Virus record (IMG/VR): IMGVR_UViG_3300030117_004654
Location: 27,866-91,865 of that record
Origin: a virus
DNA: 64,000 nucleotides
Direction: 5' to 3' (one strand)
Shown here: piece by piece, positions 27,874-37,582 of the stretch
Layout of the letters: every line of letters begins with the position of its first letter
How positions within the stretch are numbered: the stretch's first letter is position 1
Made by a program: the position numbers and the translations under genes
Notes under the pieces: generated by a model
The model's database searches: none
What the model saw: the letters and a program-made list of their open reading frames with translations, nothing else
Told to the model about the DNA's origin: nothing

Positions 27874-30026
27874 AAATGTTACCAAGTGAAAAAGAATGGA
27901 TTCAAAACTTATTGAAACAAAGATATTATCAAGCAGATGAAAATACATGGCCCCAAGTTTGTCAAAGAGTGGCTAAATTAGGCAAGACGCCTGAAGACCA
28001 AGCGGCATTTTTTAATTATTTGTTGCATTGTGATTTCCTACCTAACAGTCCCACATTATTTAATGCGGGAACAGGTAAAGGAAATCTTTCGGCTTGCTAT
28101 GTGTTACCAATGAAAGATTCTTTAGAAGAAATCTTTGATACTGCTAAAAATACGGCATTAATTCATAAATATGGTGGAGGAACAGGTTTCGATTTTACCA
28201 GAATTAGACCTGAAGATGCTACTGTTGGTGGAACAAATCAAGTTGCATCAGGACCACTCTCTTTTATGAGAGTTATTGATGCTAATACTCAAGAAATTAA
28301 GCAAGGTGGAAAACGTCGTGGGGCTAATATGGCCGAACTGCGAATTGACCATCCTGATATTGTAAAGTTTATTAAGATGAAAACAGCAGATGATGGAACA
28401 TTAACTAATTTTAATATTAGTGTTAGTGTAACAGATTCTTTTATGGAAAAACTTCAGAAATATCCAGATGACCCTTGCTTTTTTCATTGGAATGATTATG
28501 CATATCTAATTAATAATGAAACAGACGAAGTAGAGATGGAGAGTACTGATTCTACATTTGATGATAAATACACTTATCGTCAAGTTTGGGACTTAATTGC
28601 ACAATCAGCATGGGAATGTGCAGACCCCGGAATTATCTTTATTGATAGAATTAATAAACAAATGCCAGCAAATTACTTGGCTCATCCTGAATACTTGAAT
28701 GAAACAGGAGATGATTTGACTATACGCGCAACTAATCCCTGTGGTGAACAGCCGTTGCCCGATTATGGTTCATGTAATCTTGTTGCATTAAACTTGGGTA
28801 ATTTTGTTTCTAAGGGCAAAATGGATTGGAATAGGCTTCAAGATGCAGTTAAGTATGCTTATCGTTTAGGTGAAGCAGTAATTGATGAGAATGTTTACCC
28901 TATTCCTGAAATCGAAAAGCATAGTCGTGCATATAGGAACATTGGTATTGGTGTTATGGGATATGCTGATGCCTGTATTCTCATGGGTATGCGATATGGA
29001 GAAGAAGATGCTTTAGCCTTTGGTGAAGAAGTAATGCGTTTTATCTATAAATGGACATTTGTTGAGTCAGTGGAATATGCTGAAGAATATGGTTGCTTCA
29101 AAGGGTGGGAATACGGAGATTATAAGCCACTTATTGATGGTCGCCAATTACCACCAGAAACTCGCAAGAAGTATAAAAAGACAGGTTTAAGAAATATTTG
29201 TATTACAACAATCGCACCAACAGGTAGCATTGGGTATATTGCAGATTGTTCTACGGGAATTGAACCTCATTATGCTGATAAGGTGTTTAGAGTTGACCAA
29301 TCTAATCCTGAAGGAACATGGATTACTACACCATTAGCGGCTAAATACCCTGAAGTATTCGTTGCGGCTACTGAATTAGATGTAGATGCTCATGTTGCAG
29401 TTCAAGCGGTATTTCAAAAGTGGGTTGATTCAGGAATCAGTAAGACGATTAATATGGATAATAGTGTTACAGTTGATGATGTTAAGCGAGCATATATGTT
29501 GGCTTGGGATTCAAATTGTAAAGGTGTAACAATTTATAGGGATGGTTCAAAGTCTATACAGGTTTTGAATACTTCAGAAAAAAGTAATTTGAAACCTAAA
29601 GACTTAGACGATATTAGTGAAGCAGTTAGATTTAGATTGCCGGCTGAAGGTCTTGATGATGAATACATTTACATTACAGTATCACACTATGAGAATAAAC
29701 CTATTGAGATGTTTGTGAATTATCCATATCTAAATAGACCAACAATAGAACACACTCAACGTCGAGAACAATTAGACAGTATTTCTAGACTTATTTCTGT
29801 TGGATTGCGTTATCATATCCCATTGGATAAATTGATTGAGCAATTGGAAAAATCAAAAGGTTCAATGAGAGGTACTGTTGCACAAATTTCAAATGTATTG
29901 AAAGAATTTGCATCGAGAAGTGATGACCCTTACACTGAATCTTGTGTAGAATGTGATAATGGAAATATGGTTTTCCAAGGTGGATGTGCAACCTGTGATG
30001 TTTGCGGTCATTCCGAGTGTGGTTAA
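27867..30026 (+). CDS. nrdJ: Class II (adenosylcobalamin) ribonucleotide reductase with C-terminal TSCPD-like domain and Zn ribbon
   Basis: PNSPTLFNAG, SACYV, GGGTG, TNPCGEQPL, TTIAPTGS, ISKTIN, KGVTIYRDGS; C-terminal CxxC...CxxC..SECG; no NrdB seen. Confidence 0.92.
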   Translation: MLKMLPSEKEWIQNLLKQRYYQADENTWPQVCQRVAKLGKTPEDQAAFFNYLLHCDFLPNSPTLFNAGTGKGNLSACYVLPMKDSLEEIFDTAKNTALIHKYGGGTGFDFTRIRPEDATVGGTNQVASGPLSFMRVIDANTQEIKQGGKRRGANMAELRIDHPDIVKFIKMKTADDGTLTNFNISVSVTDSFMEKLQKYPDDPCFFHWNDYAYLINNETDEVEMESTDSTFDDKYTYRQVWDLIAQSAWECADPGIIFIDRINKQMPANYLAHPEYLNETGDDLTIRATNPCGEQPLPDYGSCNLVALNLGNFVSKGKMDWNRLQDAVKYAYRLGEAVIDENVYPIPEIEKHSRAYRNIGIGVMGYADACILMGMRYGEEDALAFGEEVMRFIYKWTFVESVEYAEEYGCFKGWEYGDYKPLIDGRQLPPETRKKYKKTGLRNICITTIAPTGSIGYIADCSTGIEPHYADKVFRVDQSNPEGTWITTPLAAKYPEVFVAATELDVDAHVAVQAVFQKWVDSGISKTINMDNSVTVDDVKRAYMLAWDSNCKGVTIYRDGSKSIQVLNTSEKSNLKPKDLDDISEAVRFRLPAEGLDDEYIYITVSHYENKPIEMFVNYPYLNRPTIEHTQRREQLDSISRLISVGLRYHIPLDKLIEQLEKSKGSMRGTVAQISNVLKEFASRSDDPYTESCVECDNGNMVFQGGCATCDVCGHSECG

Positions 30027-30332
30027 ATGATGAGGGAAAGTTGGTCTAAATTTTTAAAAGATTTTAAAGAAGCAAAGATGCTAATTATTGAATTAGAAAT
30101 GGAACGTAGAGGAAAATACGAACCTGCATATGTTTGGGATTCTATTATAGAGAGAATGTATGGAATAGAAATGAGTGATAATAGAGATGTAGATAAAATT
30201 ACACTCTTAATGACTGATGTTTGTAGACACTTATTATTACCACAAACAATGTTTCCTAAATCATGGTTAATTAAAAAGTTACCAGAATTAAGGGATAGAA
30301 TGAATTATTATAAATATAATGAAGAGGAATAA
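30027..30332 (+). CDS. Hypothetical protein
   Basis: Coupled ORF. Confidence 0.6.
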   Translation: MMRESWSKFLKDFKEAKMLIIELEMERRGKYEPAYVWDSIIERMYGIEMSDNRDVDKITLLMTDVCRHLLLPQTMFPKSWLIKKLPELRDRMNYYKYNEEE

Positions 30333-30334
30333 AG

Positions 30335-30607
30335 ATGTTTAAAGGAAAAGAAGAATTAGAAGGAATGTATAAAAGTGAAGTTTTGGAATTTATGAAAGAT
30401 ATTGTATTTCCAAATAGAACAAAGGGAGGTTTAATTATGGCTAATGGTTTTACTAAAGAAATCATTGGAACCAATATGTCAGCACATAGGCCAATTATTG
30501 ATGGTGTTGAATATACATGGAATTATTTAGAAACTTACCCTAATCCCTTACTAAGGGTGTTGGCATATAGATTATGGAGTAGTTATAATGGAGGTGAAGA
30601 AGAATGA
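30335..30607 (+). CDS. Hypothetical protein
   Basis: Coupled ORF. Confidence 0.6.
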   Translation: MFKGKEELEGMYKSEVLEFMKDIVFPNRTKGGLIMANGFTKEIIGTNMSAHRPIIDGVEYTWNYLETYPNPLLRVLAYRLWSSYNGGEEE

Positions 30608-30789
30608 ATGAAGAAGAAGTAAATGTAAAGTATAGATTTAGAATTACTATATTGAGAGCAAGCGGTAGTGTATGGGTTGAAGATTATAATTCAATCCCTG
30701 CTATGCTTGAAGGTGCAGGGGAATTGATTGCTCAATATCCTCACTTAGTATTGTCTAAGCAAAGAATTGTATTACAGGAAGATGAGTAA
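30604..30789 (+). CDS. Hypothetical protein
   Basis: Coupled ORF. Confidence 0.55.
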   Translation: MNEEEVNVKYRFRITILRASGSVWVEDYNSIPAMLEGAGELIAQYPHLVLSKQRIVLQEDE

Positions 30790-30958
30790 AATGACCAAAG
30801 ACCCTGAATATGTAGAAAGTAGAATTTCTTATATGAAAAGAATTGCTACTAGATGCAGAATTTGTGGTGGTCAATTAACTGACCCTGAAGATGCAAAACA
30901 TGAAATGCACGAAAAGTGTTTAAAAAATTATAAAAAGAAGAGTTATGGAGTTAGATAG
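30767..30958 (+). CDS. Small Zn-finger protein
   Basis: CRICG...HEKC. Confidence 0.6.
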   Translation: MYYRKMSKMTKDPEYVESRISYMKRIATRCRICGGQLTDPEDAKHEMHEKCLKNYKKKSYGVR

Positions 30959-32198
30959 AATGGAAACTATATTTGATAATGAAATTAAAATATATACGGC
31001 TGATGATTCAAGTAGATATAATTCTGCATGGCTAACAATTAAAAGTGATATGACATATGAATATAGTAATTCTGATTATAATTGGAGGCGTCACTATGAT
31101 TCAGATTGTGTTATGCCCAACAGGTTTACATCTGAACCTGAACCGACTATTGCGGCAATAAAGCATTTTCTTAATAGAAAACTTAAACTAAATAGAAAAG
31201 GAAAAAGTGATTTTAACACGTATATTACAATAGGTGATAAAAAGGAACCCCTAACTATTTTGTTTAGTAAAATTGGTGTTAGGTATTATTTGATGGGCGA
31301 AATGCAATCAAAAGATACTGTATTATCTGCAATATGTAGAGTAATTTATAGGTCATGTTTTGAATCTGACCAATCTAAATTATATAATTATATGCTACAT
31401 CATCTAAGATTGCCAGAAAATGTATCATATGCTTTAGAAAATCGCGCACCTTTTCATTGGTATGTTAAGGCTAAAAGGATTGAAGTTAGATTTAACATCA
31501 AAATGATTGGAGATGATGAATGTGCTATGGAAATTTCTGATGGTATTTGGGCCCCTATTTCAGTAAAGAATTTAAACGTTTATATGAATTATTATTGGAA
31601 GGGACAAGATAGAGGTTCTTGGAAATTTTTGTCACCAAGGAAACTTTGGACAAAGTTAATGAAAGAAGAACCTTCTGAAACGCAATTGAAAATGATGATT
31701 GCATTTTTAGGACAAAATAGAACTGATGATTTAGTACAGAGCAGGGCGGTCCAACTTGTAAAGGATATGTCAACCCAATATAAAAATAAAATGAAGGTTT
31801 TATGGTATGATGCAGGTGCTTCTAATAAGCAACGAATTAAAGCAATTTTAGTTAAAGGTTCGTTAGCCGATTGGATTATAACAGATAATGAATTTAAATC
31901 TGATATTCAGGCAGTTTCTACATTTATCTATAAGAATGATGCAGGGGGTTCTGAAAAGAAATTCTTGGATGGTTACGTTGCAGGGCCAATTTGTATTGAT
32001 AACATGACGAAAAACTCATCAGTTGGCGACCAATTTGCGGCAAGAACTATGGCATTATTTAATGATAAGTTAACTGTTAGTCTTGTTAATACGATTAAAA
32101 GATATTTGGATGATGTTCATGTTGAAGGACAATATTTATGTAGAATAGATTTTGATGATTTCAACCATCAGACAATTGATGATATGTTGGGGAATTAA
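30945..32198 (+). CDS. Hypothetical protein; C-terminal GPICIDN motif reminiscent of the E2 active site
   Basis: 417-aa ORF upstream of TFIIB/ThiF; CDS is solid, E2 resemblance is weak. Confidence 0.7.
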   Translation: MELDRMETIFDNEIKIYTADDSSRYNSAWLTIKSDMTYEYSNSDYNWRRHYDSDCVMPNRFTSEPEPTIAAIKHFLNRKLKLNRKGKSDFNTYITIGDKKEPLTILFSKIGVRYYLMGEMQSKDTVLSAICRVIYRSCFESDQSKLYNYMLHHLRLPENVSYALENRAPFHWYVKAKRIEVRFNIKMIGDDECAMEISDGIWAPISVKNLNVYMNYYWKGQDRGSWKFLSPRKLWTKLMKEEPSETQLKMMIAFLGQNRTDDLVQSRAVQLVKDMSTQYKNKMKVLWYDAGASNKQRIKAILVKGSLADWIITDNEFKSDIQAVSTFIYKNDAGGSEKKFLDGYVAGPICIDNMTKNSSVGDQFAARTMALFNDKLTVSLVNTIKRYLDDVHVEGQYLCRIDFDDFNHQTIDDMLGN

Positions 32199-32342
32199 TA
32201 TGAATAATGTTAAATTTATTACCGTAATGGTAGAATACGAAAGTGACGAAATATGGGAAGAGTCACTTAAAGATATAGAAGAATTAATATCAATGATGAA
32301 CAATATTAGTAGGCAAGCCACTATTATTGAAATTAAGGAGGA

Positions 32343-33308
32343 ATGAAAATGAGAGTAGAAGATACAACAAAGTGTAAAGAGTGCAATAGTAGAAACTTAG
32401 TTGAAGATATTAAGCGAGGAGAATTATATTGCGCTGATTGTGGTTCAGTTTTAGATGAAAAGCAAATTGAACGAAAAACATCGGGTCGAGAAAAAGATGG
32501 CGACCCAAATTCAGCAAGAATTTATGAACCAAATGACCCTGCATGGGTTTTGGGTTCTCAAGTTGGTATTAGAAATACTGATGGTTCGATTGACAGAACA
32601 AAAATTGGCAGAGCGTTAAGAAAAGAAAATAAAAGGCAGTTACCAAGCCATGTTAGAAATCAACAGAAAGGGATAGTGCAAGTTAAAATGCTTCTTGCAG
32701 ATTTAGGCGCACCTCTTGATTTTCAAAAACAAGCAGTTTGGAACTATAAGCGACTAAATCAACTTAGAGTTTTTAATGGTATGCCTTTGGAAACTAGAGC
32801 CGCCGCAGTAGTTTATTTTACTTATAGGGATAATAATATTTTAAGGTCTATTGAAGAAGTAGCAGAAGCAAATTCTTCTCATCCTAGACAAGTTGCTAAG
32901 TTATCTAGAAAAATTGCTTCGGCATTTAGACGACCTTGGGTATTGTCTAGAAAAAATATGCAGGATGAGATTCTAAAATATTGTAATCTACTTAAGATGA
33001 ATCAGAATGATATTGCATCTATACTTGAATTATCTGTTCCTGTGGAACAAATGGCTGACGGCCTTTACTATCAAAAAGGAGTAGGATTAACTGCGGCTCT
33101 TATTTATCTAGGTATTAGGTTAATTCCAAATGGTTCATATAGAACCCAAAGGGATATTTCAGAGGTTTGTAGAATTACAGAAGTTACCTTAAGAAACAAC
33201 TACAAACTTATACTTAAGGGATTAAATATAGACAAGTCAAGTGTTGACCATCAAGGTTTTACTATTGACGACATTATAAGTGGGGCGTATAGAAATGAAG
33301 AAGAATAA
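32343..33308 (+). CDS. tfb: Transcription initiation factor TFIIB/TFB homolog
   Basis: Zn ribbon CKECNS...GELYCADCGSVL; cyclin repeats with AAAVVY and AALIY...RTQRDISEVCRITEVTLRNNYK. Confidence 0.92.
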   Translation: MKMRVEDTTKCKECNSRNLVEDIKRGELYCADCGSVLDEKQIERKTSGREKDGDPNSARIYEPNDPAWVLGSQVGIRNTDGSIDRTKIGRALRKENKRQLPSHVRNQQKGIVQVKMLLADLGAPLDFQKQAVWNYKRLNQLRVFNGMPLETRAAAVVYFTYRDNNILRSIEEVAEANSSHPRQVAKLSRKIASAFRRPWVLSRKNMQDEILKYCNLLKMNQNDIASILELSVPVEQMADGLYYQKGVGLTAALIYLGIRLIPNGSYRTQRDISEVCRITEVTLRNNYKLILKGLNIDKSSVDHQGFTIDDIISGAYRNEEE

Positions 33309-33855
33309 AATATTAGTTATTGGTGCAGGTGGAATAGGTTCGTATTTAATTGAAGTGTTAAATCGAACTGAATGTTATGATATTGTTGTAGCAGACCCAG
33401 ATAAATATGAGAAAAAGAATCTAACATATCAATTTTGCACAACTGATGAAATTGGGACAAATAAAGCCTCAGCGACAACAGGTAAATATCATAATGTTAA
33501 GAGCATTAAATATCCAATTTTAACTGCGAAGCAGATTGAAGGATTTGATTTGGTGGTCTGTTGTGCAGACAATTTAGATGTTAGGCGACTTCTATATCGT
33601 GAAAATTGTGCATGGTTAGACTTGAGAGCGCAAGGTAGAAATTGTGCATATATTTCATATCGTGCAGATAGGAATAAACATGATGTATTATTGGCCGGAC
33701 CTGAAGGTTCATTTAGTTGTCAAGGGGATTCATGGGATGGTTCAGCAAAAGCACAACATTTTTCACATATTATTGCGGCAGGAATGGGCGCACAATGGAT
33801 TCACCGATATTTTGCAGGTGATGATGTAGCGGATTTTAAGGTTGTGAATGTATGA
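33295..33855 (+). CDS. ThiF/E1-like Ubl-activating enzyme
   Basis: ILVIGAGGIGS, D.D....KNLTYQ, GTNKA, DLVVCCADNLDVR, candidate Cys in GSFSCQ. Confidence 0.88.
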   Translation: MKKNKILVIGAGGIGSYLIEVLNRTECYDIVVADPDKYEKKNLTYQFCTTDEIGTNKASATTGKYHNVKSIKYPILTAKQIEGFDLVVCCADNLDVRRLLYRENCAWLDLRAQGRNCAYISYRADRNKHDVLLAGPEGSFSCQGDSWDGSAKAQHFSHIIAAGMGAQWIHRYFAGDDVADFKVVNV

Positions 33856-33958
33856 GTATGATGGATGAAACAAATGTTCTATTGGAAAAGTTAAATGTTC
33901 TGATAGAAAAAACAAATAGAATTATTATTACAGTCAATGTAGTGAACATTGTTACGTT

Positions 33959-34249
33959 GTGTGTATTATTGATGGTGGTATTGAAATGAGAGAGAGAATG
34001 AAAAATTTAGTAAAATATGAATGTAAGAATAGTAAGTGTGGTAAACTATGGGGATTGACGCCAGATATGGTCGTTCTTAGTGACGAGCGTATTTTTTGTG
34101 GTTTTGATTTTCAAGGTAGAAAGAAATGGAGAAAGAGCGGCGAATGCACTTGTGGTACACCGTTTGATTATCCATCAATTAAAATTAAAGATTTACAAGA
34201 CAGTTATGGAAGTGCTTGGAAATCTAATCAAGCAAAAGGAAGTGAATGA
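33959..34249 (+). CDS. Zn-ribbon protein
   Basis: CKNSKCG...CTCG. Confidence 0.55.
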   Translation: MCIIDGGIEMRERMKNLVKYECKNSKCGKLWGLTPDMVVLSDERIFCGFDFQGRKKWRKSGECTCGTPFDYPSIKIKDLQDSYGSAWKSNQAKGSE

Positions 34250-34453
34250 ATGAAAGAAGTATTTACAGCAAAAAATGGTAGACCTTATATTAAGGATGAG
34301 AATGGTAGAGTTAAGTTTATCAGTGATAAACAAGCGGAAGAATACCTTCAAGAAGAAGAAACTAAGAAAGAGGGAATGATTTTTATTACAACAGCATTTA
34401 TTGTTATAGCATCAATTGTTGCCATTAGTGATTACGGAGTAGGATTAATATGA
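34250..34453 (+). CDS. Small C-terminally anchored membrane protein
   Basis: Hydrophobic MIFITTAFIVIASIVAI. Confidence 0.6.
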   Translation: MKEVFTAKNGRPYIKDENGRVKFISDKQAEEYLQEEETKKEGMIFITTAFIVIASIVAISDYGVGLI

Positions 34454-34932
34454 TTTCAAGTGATAGCATTGTAGTTATGCAAGCAGATTGGGATGACCAA
34501 ATTAAGAATGCTTGGGCTTATGGTGGGTTTGATTACAGAAATCAGGAATTCTTAGATACTATTTGGGAGATGAGTTTAACCGCTTTTGATATTGGCCGTG
34601 AGGTACAAGTGGTTATTGATGGTAAAATGAATATTTATATTTCTGCGGGTGACCCCGGATTTGTTTGGTTTAAGGAACCACCAAAAGGAATGTGTTTGCC
34701 TATTGAATGTTGGATTCATACTCACCCATTTGGTTCAGCATATTTTTCTGGAACAGATTGGGCAACAATTAAAACGTGGGAACCTGTAATGAATTGTGCA
34801 ATTGTTTTAGGTGATAAACAACAAATGGATTGGGTAAAGGGTTCAGAATACACTGTGTTTTATCAACAACATGATATTCCTGATTGGGCCAATACACAAA
34901 TGACTCTTGATGATTTTATGGAGGAAGAGTAA
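34450..34932 (+). CDS. JAB/JAMM (MPN+) metalloprotease
   Basis: REVQV...WIHTHPFGSAYFSGTD = E...HxH(x7)SxxD JAMM motif. Confidence 0.88.
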   Translation: MISSDSIVVMQADWDDQIKNAWAYGGFDYRNQEFLDTIWEMSLTAFDIGREVQVVIDGKMNIYISAGDPGFVWFKEPPKGMCLPIECWIHTHPFGSAYFSGTDWATIKTWEPVMNCAIVLGDKQQMDWVKGSEYTVFYQQHDIPDWANTQMTLDDFMEEE

Positions 34933-35120
34933 TGGGACATTTTTATGAAATTGAAATGACATTTACTCCAGAACAGTTAGACCATATTAATTATATTGTC
35001 GATACAACCGGTGCAAGTTTTAATGACGTTGTTGTATTTCTAATTAAGTTAGGAATGGAAACTGAACAAGAGTGGCAAGATGCTTTAATTAAAGAATTTG
35101 AAGGAGAGGAAGAAGAATGA
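34932..35120 (+). CDS. Small hypothetical protein, possible ribbon-helix-helix
   Basis: IEMTFTPEQLDHINYIVDTTGASFNDVVVFLIKLG. Confidence 0.5.
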   Translation: MGHFYEIEMTFTPEQLDHINYIVDTTGASFNDVVVFLIKLGMETEQEWQDALIKEFEGEEEE

Positions 35121-35384
35121 ATAGAGATTTAGTAACGGCAGTAGCAAATAAAGTAAGTGACAAGGATTCAGTAATCCTTTTTGATATTTTGAAAAAGACA
35201 CGAACTGAAGATTGGTGGAATTTACATGAGGATACACTTTATCAGTTGTGTCTTAAAATGTTAGAAGATATGGAGAGTGAGGAAGAATGATAACAGGAGA
35301 TATTTGCCCGTGTTGTAATAAGATGTTACCAGAATGGAGAAATTATTGTAAAACAACTAAAACTTGTAGAGTGGTGGTGATGAA

Positions 35385-35627
35385 ATGATTAGCGCACAGG
35401 GAGATTGGGTAGTTTTAATTTATGAACATAAAATTTCGGATTCTGGTATTATTACAAATGAAGGAAATTCTGCCACTGTTATTTCAGTAGGTAGTAATTG
35501 CCCCGATGACATTCAGGAATTACAGGGGAAGCGTGTAGTGTTTTCCCAAAAGAGAACATTGATTGAAATCAAAGAGTATATGGTTATTGATTGGCGAGAT
35601 ATTTTGTATGTGGAGGAAGAAGAATGA
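35385..35627 (+). CDS. groES: GroES/Cpn10-like co-chaperonin
   Basis: GDWVVL..SGII...ATVISVG...GKRVVF...YMVIDWRDIL; directly upstream of GroEL. Confidence 0.8.
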   Translation: MISAQGDWVVLIYEHKISDSGIITNEGNSATVISVGSNCPDDIQELQGKRVVFSQKRTLIEIKEYMVIDWRDILYVEEEE

Positions 35628-37150
35628 TTTTACATGGAGAAGAAGCGAGGGAAAAATTGATGCAAGGTGTTGATTTAGTGGCAGATACTGTTGTTGGAAC
35701 ATTAGGTCCAAAGGCGAAAACTGTCGTTATTAAGCAGAACGGAAGACCCGTTGTAATTAACGATGGTGTTACTATTGCTAAGGCAGTATTTAGTGATGAC
35801 CCATTTATTCAAATGGGTGTAGAATTAGTACAAGAAGTTGCTTCTCAAGCACAGAATAAATCTGGTGATGGAACAACAACGTCTATTATTTTGGCTAGAG
35901 AACTTTGCAGAAGTGGTCTAAAGGACATAAAAGCAGGTATTGACCCTGTTCTTCTTAAGAAAGAATTGGACAGTGTTGCTAATGATATTATTGAACATCT
36001 TAATTCTATTGCTAAGCCTGTTAACGGTAGAGGCGATTTAGAAAATGTAGCGACTATTGCGGCAAATAATGATGCTGAATTGGGATTACTAATTGCAGAT
36101 ATTGTTGAAGAAATTGGAAAGGATGGTGTTATTTCTGTTGAGGATGGTCAAAATGCTGAAACAACTTATAGCGTAATTGATGGAATGGAATTAGATAGAG
36201 GATATGTCCATCATGTTATGGTAAATAAGCCCGATGAAGGTTACTGTGAATTTGAAGATGCTTTAGTTTTAATGACAAACGACACACTAAATAATTTTGA
36301 GGATATTTATAATATTTTAGATATGTCGGTAAAGGAAAAGAAACCTTTGTTAATTATTGCTAAAGAAATTGAAGGTTCAGCATTGAATAATATCTTACTT
36401 AATCTTGCAGGTGAAAGAATTAGAGCCTGTGCAATTCGCGCCCCTGATTGGGGAGATGACCAAGTAGAAGTATTGAATGATATTTCTACCCTTTTAGGTG
36501 GAAAGGTTTTTAATTCTACGGTCGGTGATGATTTTTCAAAGGCTAAGTTAGAAGATTTAGGTATTGCAACAAAGGTTAGGGTTAGTAGAACAACAACAAT
36601 GCTAATTAATGATAATGCTATCCAAGAACATATTAATGAAAGAGTTGCACTTTTGTCATCTCAATTAGATAATCAAACTAACGATTGGTTTCGCGAAAAG
36701 ATTCATAGAAGAATTGGTAAATTAACGGGAGGCGTAGCGGTTGTAAAGGTTGGTGCGGCTACTGAAACAGAATTAAGAGAAAGAAAAGAAAGATTGGATG
36801 ATGCTCTTAATGCCACTAAATGTGCAGTTCAAGAAGGAATCGTTGTTGGTGGTGGAATGGCATTATATGATTGGGTTCTTAAACAGAAGCCTTCACCAAT
36901 TAACTCAGCGTTTTCTGCACCAACTAATGTTATTGCTTCAAATGCGGGTGTTTCATTGAATTCAAATAAATTGCTAGAAGGTCTAGGTTTTAATGCTAAC
37001 ACTAATAAGTATCAGAATTTGCTTGAAGCAGGTGTTATTGACCCTGTTAAGGTAACAAAGAATGCAGTATTAACTGCCACTTCTATTGCAGGTCTTGTTT
37101 TAACAACAAACGTTTTAGTAGGAGAAAAGGAGGAACCCCAATGGGGTTAA
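35624..37150 (+). CDS. groEL: Group I chaperonin GroEL
   Basis: TLGPK, INDGVTIAK, GDGTTT, GGVAVVKVGAATETELRERKERLDDALNAT, GVIDPVKVT. Confidence 0.97.
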   Translation: MILHGEEAREKLMQGVDLVADTVVGTLGPKAKTVVIKQNGRPVVINDGVTIAKAVFSDDPFIQMGVELVQEVASQAQNKSGDGTTTSIILARELCRSGLKDIKAGIDPVLLKKELDSVANDIIEHLNSIAKPVNGRGDLENVATIAANNDAELGLLIADIVEEIGKDGVISVEDGQNAETTYSVIDGMELDRGYVHHVMVNKPDEGYCEFEDALVLMTNDTLNNFEDIYNILDMSVKEKKPLLIIAKEIEGSALNNILLNLAGERIRACAIRAPDWGDDQVEVLNDISTLLGGKVFNSTVGDDFSKAKLEDLGIATKVRVSRTTTMLINDNAIQEHINERVALLSSQLDNQTNDWFREKIHRRIGKLTGGVAVVKVGAATETELRERKERLDDALNATKCAVQEGIVVGGGMALYDWVLKQKPSPINSAFSAPTNVIASNAGVSLNSNKLLEGLGFNANTNKYQNLLEAGVIDPVKVTKNAVLTATSIAGLVLTTNVLVGEKEEPQWG

Positions 37151-37386
37151 AGGATTCTGAAATTAGGGGCCGTATTGCCCGAAGCGCAATAGATGAAGTT
37201 ATCATTGAAAAGGGTAGATATTGGAATATTGATGTTGTTGATATTAGATGGTACAAAGATGGGAAGGCTACTAGTAAAGGAATTAGAGTTAACATGAATG
37301 AGTTAGTGCATATGCACAATATATTAGGAAGGATTTTAGATGGTGAGCATACGAGAAGTAGAGAGAATAATCAAGAGAAAGAATAA
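37141..37386 (+). CDS. PC4-like ssDNA-binding protein
   Basis: VVDIRWY....TSKGIRVN. Confidence 0.75.
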   Translation: MGLKDSEIRGRIARSAIDEVIIEKGRYWNIDVVDIRWYKDGKATSKGIRVNMNELVHMHNILGRILDGEHTRSRENNQEKE

Positions 37387-37582
37387 TGGTATTCATTGGA
37401 CAGGTAAAGCCAAAAAACAATTTGCTGAAACAATGCAATTAGTTATGGCTATGATGGTCGATAGAATAGAATATGAAAACTTTCTCTCTAATGATAAAAA
37501 GAGAGTTGGTGAATTAGCAGTAAAGGCAGTAATGTGTCATATTGTAGAAAAAATTAATAAAGGTGATGAAGATGAAGTTTGA
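37340..37582 (+). CDS. Histone-fold-like protein
   Basis: VERIIKR...WTGKAKKQFAE...long helix...KKRVGELAV. Confidence 0.45.
   Translation: MVSIREVERIIKRKNNGIHWTGKAKKQFAETMQLVMAMMVDRIEYENFLSNDKKRVGELAVKAVMCHIVEKINKGDEDEV

Noticed and set aside
33295-33855. ThiF as a thiamine or molybdopterin biosynthesis auxiliary gene
   Set aside because: No thiG/moaE or other pathway genes in the window; the JAB and GG-Y Ubl fit conjugation better, although sulfur transfer using host enzymes cannot be fully excluded
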